DNA from: Bacteroidia bacterium
GTDB lineage: Bacteria; Bacteroidota; Bacteroidia; B-17B0; Aurantibacillaceae
DNA: 35,235 bases
Assembly: GCA_036405375.1 (NCBI GenBank)
Contig: DASWXS010000034.1
Location: forward strand, 1 to 35,235
Direction of reading: 5' to 3'
A program made the position numbers and the translations under genes. Positions 32,304-35,235 of this stretch are shown one piece after another (within the stretch, counting starts at the first letter, position 1; every line of letters starts with the position of its first letter). The notes under the pieces were generated by a model. That model saw only the letters and a program-made list of their open reading frames with translations, was not told the DNA's origin and made no database searches.

Positions 32304-35235
32304 ATGAACAAACAACGATTACTCTCGCTGAAGGGTTTTATTAACAATCATGCCCGATTCCTATTAACCTTCTCATTCCTCTTTTTTTATACCACGCATA
32401 GCTTTTCCTCTGTAATTATAGATGCTCAATGTACAAGCGGTTCTTCAACAGGTGAATGGCTGGGTACGGCTAACGGGCGTCAACAGTTTACACCAACTGT
32501 TAACGGAACCATATACAAAGTGCGGGTACATACAGCAACTTACGGCTCTGCTGCAACCATTACTTTGAGACTTTTTTCAGGTCCTACACCTGGTAGCGGA
32601 ACCCTCATGACCAGCGTGGTATATGGCAAACCGGCCGGAACCAACTCCTGGGATGATGTTGTTTTACCGGGACCCGGAATTGTTGTTTCATCGGGTTCAC
32701 CCTATTACCTGGAAATTGCGGTCGGCAGCCAGATCGATTGGATCGCATCACCAATAAATGTATACGGTCCGGGCATGGCATGGAGAGATGGTACTTCATA
32801 CCCGAGTAAGGATTATAAGTTTGAAATACACATGGCGGTGCCTACCTGTGGAACAGTTACGGCAGGAGCTAACCAAAGCGGTGTAATTGCTAATACCCCA
32901 AGTGCGCCTCTTGCATTAAACGGCGGCGGCGACCCGGGTGCATGGACAACCAGTGGTACCGGAACATTTTCCGATGTTCACAATCCAAATGCAACATATA
33001 CTCCACATTGTTCTGAAACCGGAACACTCACAACTCTTACCTGGACCTCCAGCTGTACAATGACGTCAACCAGTCAAACTATTAATGTTGCACCGCCATC
33101 TCTTACAGTTAATAACGCAACCATTTGCGCCGGGGATATTGCTACATTAACTGCAACGGGTGCCAGCTCATTTTCATGGAACCCGGGCGGTGCCACCACA
33201 AGTTCTATAAATGTTTCACCGGGTACTACCGCAACATATACAGTTACAGGAGTACAGGGCAACGGTTGTACAACAAATAAGATCGCCACAGTAAACGTGA
33301 ACCCCCTGCCGGTAATGACAAGTATAAATTCTTCCATCATCTGTTCAGGTGGCTCTGTTACCATTCCTCTTACGGCCAGCCAGCCCAGCTCTTTTGTATG
33401 GTTAGCCGGCGACAATACCAGCACCACGGGAGAAAGCATCAGTAATCAAACCTCATCACTGCTTTCAAACAATATAACGAACATTAGTTCTGTTCCCCAG
33501 CAAGTGTTTTATGGAGTTGTTCCCACCAACACCACAACTTCCTGCCAGGGTCCTTCGCAAACCGTAACTGTAACAGTAAACCCTACACCTACCATAACAA
33601 GCTCTTTTGGAACAACCGTTTGCTCCGGCTCAAGTGTCGGGTTTAATTTCACGAGCAACGTTAGCCCCACAACTTTCTCCTGGTATACAAATGATCATGC
33701 CAGTACAACAGGAGAAAGCACCACGTCTCAAAACAATTCTATACTAACAGATAATATCACTAACTTATCTGCTTCCTTACAACAATTAACTTATACAGTT
33801 ACTCCAACCGCCACAGCAACCGGTTGCGGAGGTTCCTCTCAATCGTTTACCGTTAATGTAAGTCCACGCCCCGTTCCAAATGCCGGACCGGATATATTTG
33901 TTTGCAGCGGATCTACGCAAAACATTACAGCAAGTGCGAGTTTAGGATCGCCAGGTTATAACTATAATTGGTATGATGCGGCTACGGGTGGAACGTTGTT
34001 AGCAACAACACAGGTTTATACTCCTCCTGTTCTTCCTCCCGGAATGTATAATTTTTTCGTCCAGGTTACTGATGCGGTTCCTTGTGCAAGTACAGGAAGA
34101 GACCCGATGTTTTTTACAGTAAATCTAAATCCTGTTTTATCGTTAACTACTACAAATGTTTCCTGTAACGGCGCAGCAAACGGGAGTATAAGCTGTACTC
34201 CTTCGGGAGGCGCTGCTCCCTACCAGTTCTCTTTAAACGGCGGTTCTTATGTAAGTACAAGTACATTTACAGGCCTACCTCCCGGCACGTATACAGTAAC
34301 CACCATTGACAATAATGCTTGTGTTTCCAGTCAATACAATACAAGTATCACGGAACCAGCTCTTCTTTCTTCTACTATTACTACTTCAACCAACGTTTCC
34401 TGTAACGGTGGTGCTAATGGTAGTGCTACTGTTTCTGCAAGTGGTGGTGTTCCTTCTTATATTTATAGCTGGGCTCCATCGGGAGGTACTGCTGTTACTG
34501 CATCCGGTTTAGCCGCTAATACTTATACGTGTACTATTACCGATGCAAATGCGTGTACTAAAACGCAAACGGTTACTATTAACCAACCAACACCTCTTAT
34601 ATTAACAACATTGAGCAGTACTAACGTTTCCTGCAATGGTGGTAGTAACGGTTCGGCTTCGGTAAATACTGCAACCGGCGGTACACCAGGATATACTTAT
34701 GATTGGTCGCCCGGAACACCAACCGGTGATGGAACTACAAGTATAACCGGATTAAATGTTAACTCTTATACCTGTACAGTAACAGATGCCAATTCATGTA
34801 CGGGCATGCAGGTATTTAATATTACTGAGCCAAGTCCTTTAAATGGGTCAGGCTCTGTTACAAATGTTTCGTGTAACGGCGGTTCTAACGGATCCATCAA
34901 TACTACGCCATCAGGAGGTGTTGGGCCTTATCAATACTCGCTTAATGGTGGTAGTTTCGTTGGTGCGCCTTCTTTTTCCGGGCTTGTTGCAGGAAGCTAT
35001 ACTGTTACGATCAGGGATAATAATAATTGTACTGTAAACATTATTTCTTCAATCAATGAACCTACTGCATTGTCGAGCTCGGTTAACGCTACTGGTGCCA
35101 GCTGTTTTGGCGGAACAGACGGAACAATTTCCGGAACCGGGTTTGGTGGTGTTCCTCCTTATCAATATTCATTGAATGGCGGAGCATATACCGCTTCCTC
35201 TACGTTTACCGGTTTAAGTGCCGGGGTATACACTG
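32304..35235 (+). CDS. Giant cell-surface/adhesin-like protein, 5' partial (first ~977 codons, open to window end): orphan N-terminal domain, Ig/PKD-like modules, SprB-type repeats
   Basis: My own translation from ATG 32304 (in-frame TAG at 32286-32288 upstream) shows no stop codon to position 35235. N-terminus MNKQRLLSLKGFINNHARFLLTFSFLFFYTTHSFSS is signal-like. It is not in the supplied ORF track, presumably because it lacks a stop in the window. The track ORFs 32605-32799(-), 33074-33439(-), 34306-34512(+) and 34843-35037(+) are shadows of it. Confidence 0.85.
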   Translation, partial: MNKQRLLSLKGFINNHARFLLTFSFLFFYTTHSFSSVIIDAQCTSGSSTGEWLGTANGRQQFTPTVNGTIYKVRVHTATYGSAATITLRLFSGPTPGSGTLMTSVVYGKPAGTNSWDDVVLPGPGIVVSSGSPYYLEIAVGSQIDWIASPINVYGPGMAWRDGTSYPSKDYKFEIHMAVPTCGTVTAGANQSGVIANTPSAPLALNGGGDPGAWTTSGTGTFSDVHNPNATYTPHCSETGTLTTLTWTSSCTMTSTSQTINVAPPSLTVNNATICAGDIATLTATGASSFSWNPGGATTSSINVSPGTTATYTVTGVQGNGCTTNKIATVNVNPLPVMTSINSSIICSGGSVTIPLTASQPSSFVWLAGDNTSTTGESISNQTSSLLSNNITNISSVPQQVFYGVVPTNTTTSCQGPSQTVTVTVNPTPTITSSFGTTVCSGSSVGFNFTSNVSPTTFSWYTNDHASTTGESTTSQNNSILTDNITNLSASLQQLTYTVTPTATATGCGGSSQSFTVNVSPRPVPNAGPDIFVCSGSTQNITASASLGSPGYNYNWYDAATGGTLLATTQVYTPPVLPPGMYNFFVQVTDAVPCASTGRDPMFFTVNLNPVLSLTTTNVSCNGAANGSISCTPSGGAAPYQFSLNGGSYVSTSTFTGLPPGTYTVTTIDNNACVSSQYNTSITEPALLSSTITTSTNVSCNGGANGSATVSASGGVPSYIYSWAPSGGTAVTASGLAANTYTCTITDANACTKTQTVTINQPTPLILTTLSSTNVSCNGGSNGSASVNTATGGTPGYTYDWSPGTPTGDGTTSITGLNVNSYTCTVTDANSCTGMQVFNITEPSPLNGSGSVTNVSCNGGSNGSINTTPSGGVGPYQYSLNGGSFVGAPSFSGLVAGSYTVTIRDNNNCTVNIISSINEPTALSSSVNATGASCFGGTDGTISGTGFGGVPPYQYSLNGGAYTASSTFTGLSAGVYT
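34131..35235 (+). repeat. Five tandem SprB-type Cys-containing repeats (77-80 aa, ~231-240 bp each), last one cut by the window end
   Basis: The recurring unit is NVSCNGGxNGS(I/A)...(S/T)GG(x)xPYxY(S/D)(L/W)...(Y)T(V/C)T(I/V)xDxNxC...(I/V)xEP. Unit anchors (the N/A residue before SC) are at nt 34155, 34392, 34623, 34863 and 35097. The repeats are conserved at protein level but diverged at DNA level. Confidence 0.8.

Noticed and set aside
1-35235. A search for tRNA/rRNA genes, CRISPR arrays, IS elements, integrases, prophage genes, toxin-antitoxin or defence-system genes, and a glmS ribozyme.
   Set aside because: I found no regularly spaced direct repeats, no tRNA-like T-arm motifs in intergenic regions, and no transposase or integrase-like ORFs. 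The glmS upstream leader is outside the window (the gene starts at nt 5), and the glmS ribozyme is not expected in this phylum.

Overview
This looks like a chromosomal segment of a Bacteroidota bacterium. The evidence is TAnnTTTG -7 promoter boxes close to start codons, no obvious Shine-Dalgarno sites, T9SS-type C-terminal sorting domains, a bacterial GH3-family gene and SprB-type repeats. Housekeeping genes (glmS, tadA, aspS, trmB, radA) are interspersed with cell-envelope genes. These include a PorZ-like beta-propeller protein with a T9SS CTD and an AsmA/TamB-like protein. A ~7 kb polyprenol-phosphate-sugar style glycosylation module follows (FAD oxidoreductase, lipoprotein, SAM methyltransferase, GT2, two GT-C-like membrane proteins), then an aryl-sulfotransferase-like protein carrying a T9SS CTD. 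The best candidate for an uncharacterised surface-glycan modification system is a tightly packed minus-strand cassette directly downstream of trmB. It encodes a Wzy_C/O-antigen-ligase-like protein, a GH16-like lipoprotein with a large orphan N-terminal region, an MBOAT and an AlgX/AlgJ-like protein. The last 2.9 kb (32304 to window end) is a single uninterrupted reading frame that is missing from the supplied ORF track. It encodes the N-terminal ~977 aa of a giant cell-surface protein: an orphan N-terminal domain, Ig/PKD-like modules, then tandem SprB-type Cys repeats. I saw no rRNA, tRNA, CRISPR array, transposase, integrase or recognisable defence or toxin genes. All functional calls rest on by-eye motif recognition and are not verified by any search. 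Most short ORFs in the track are antisense or out-of-frame shadows of the long genes.
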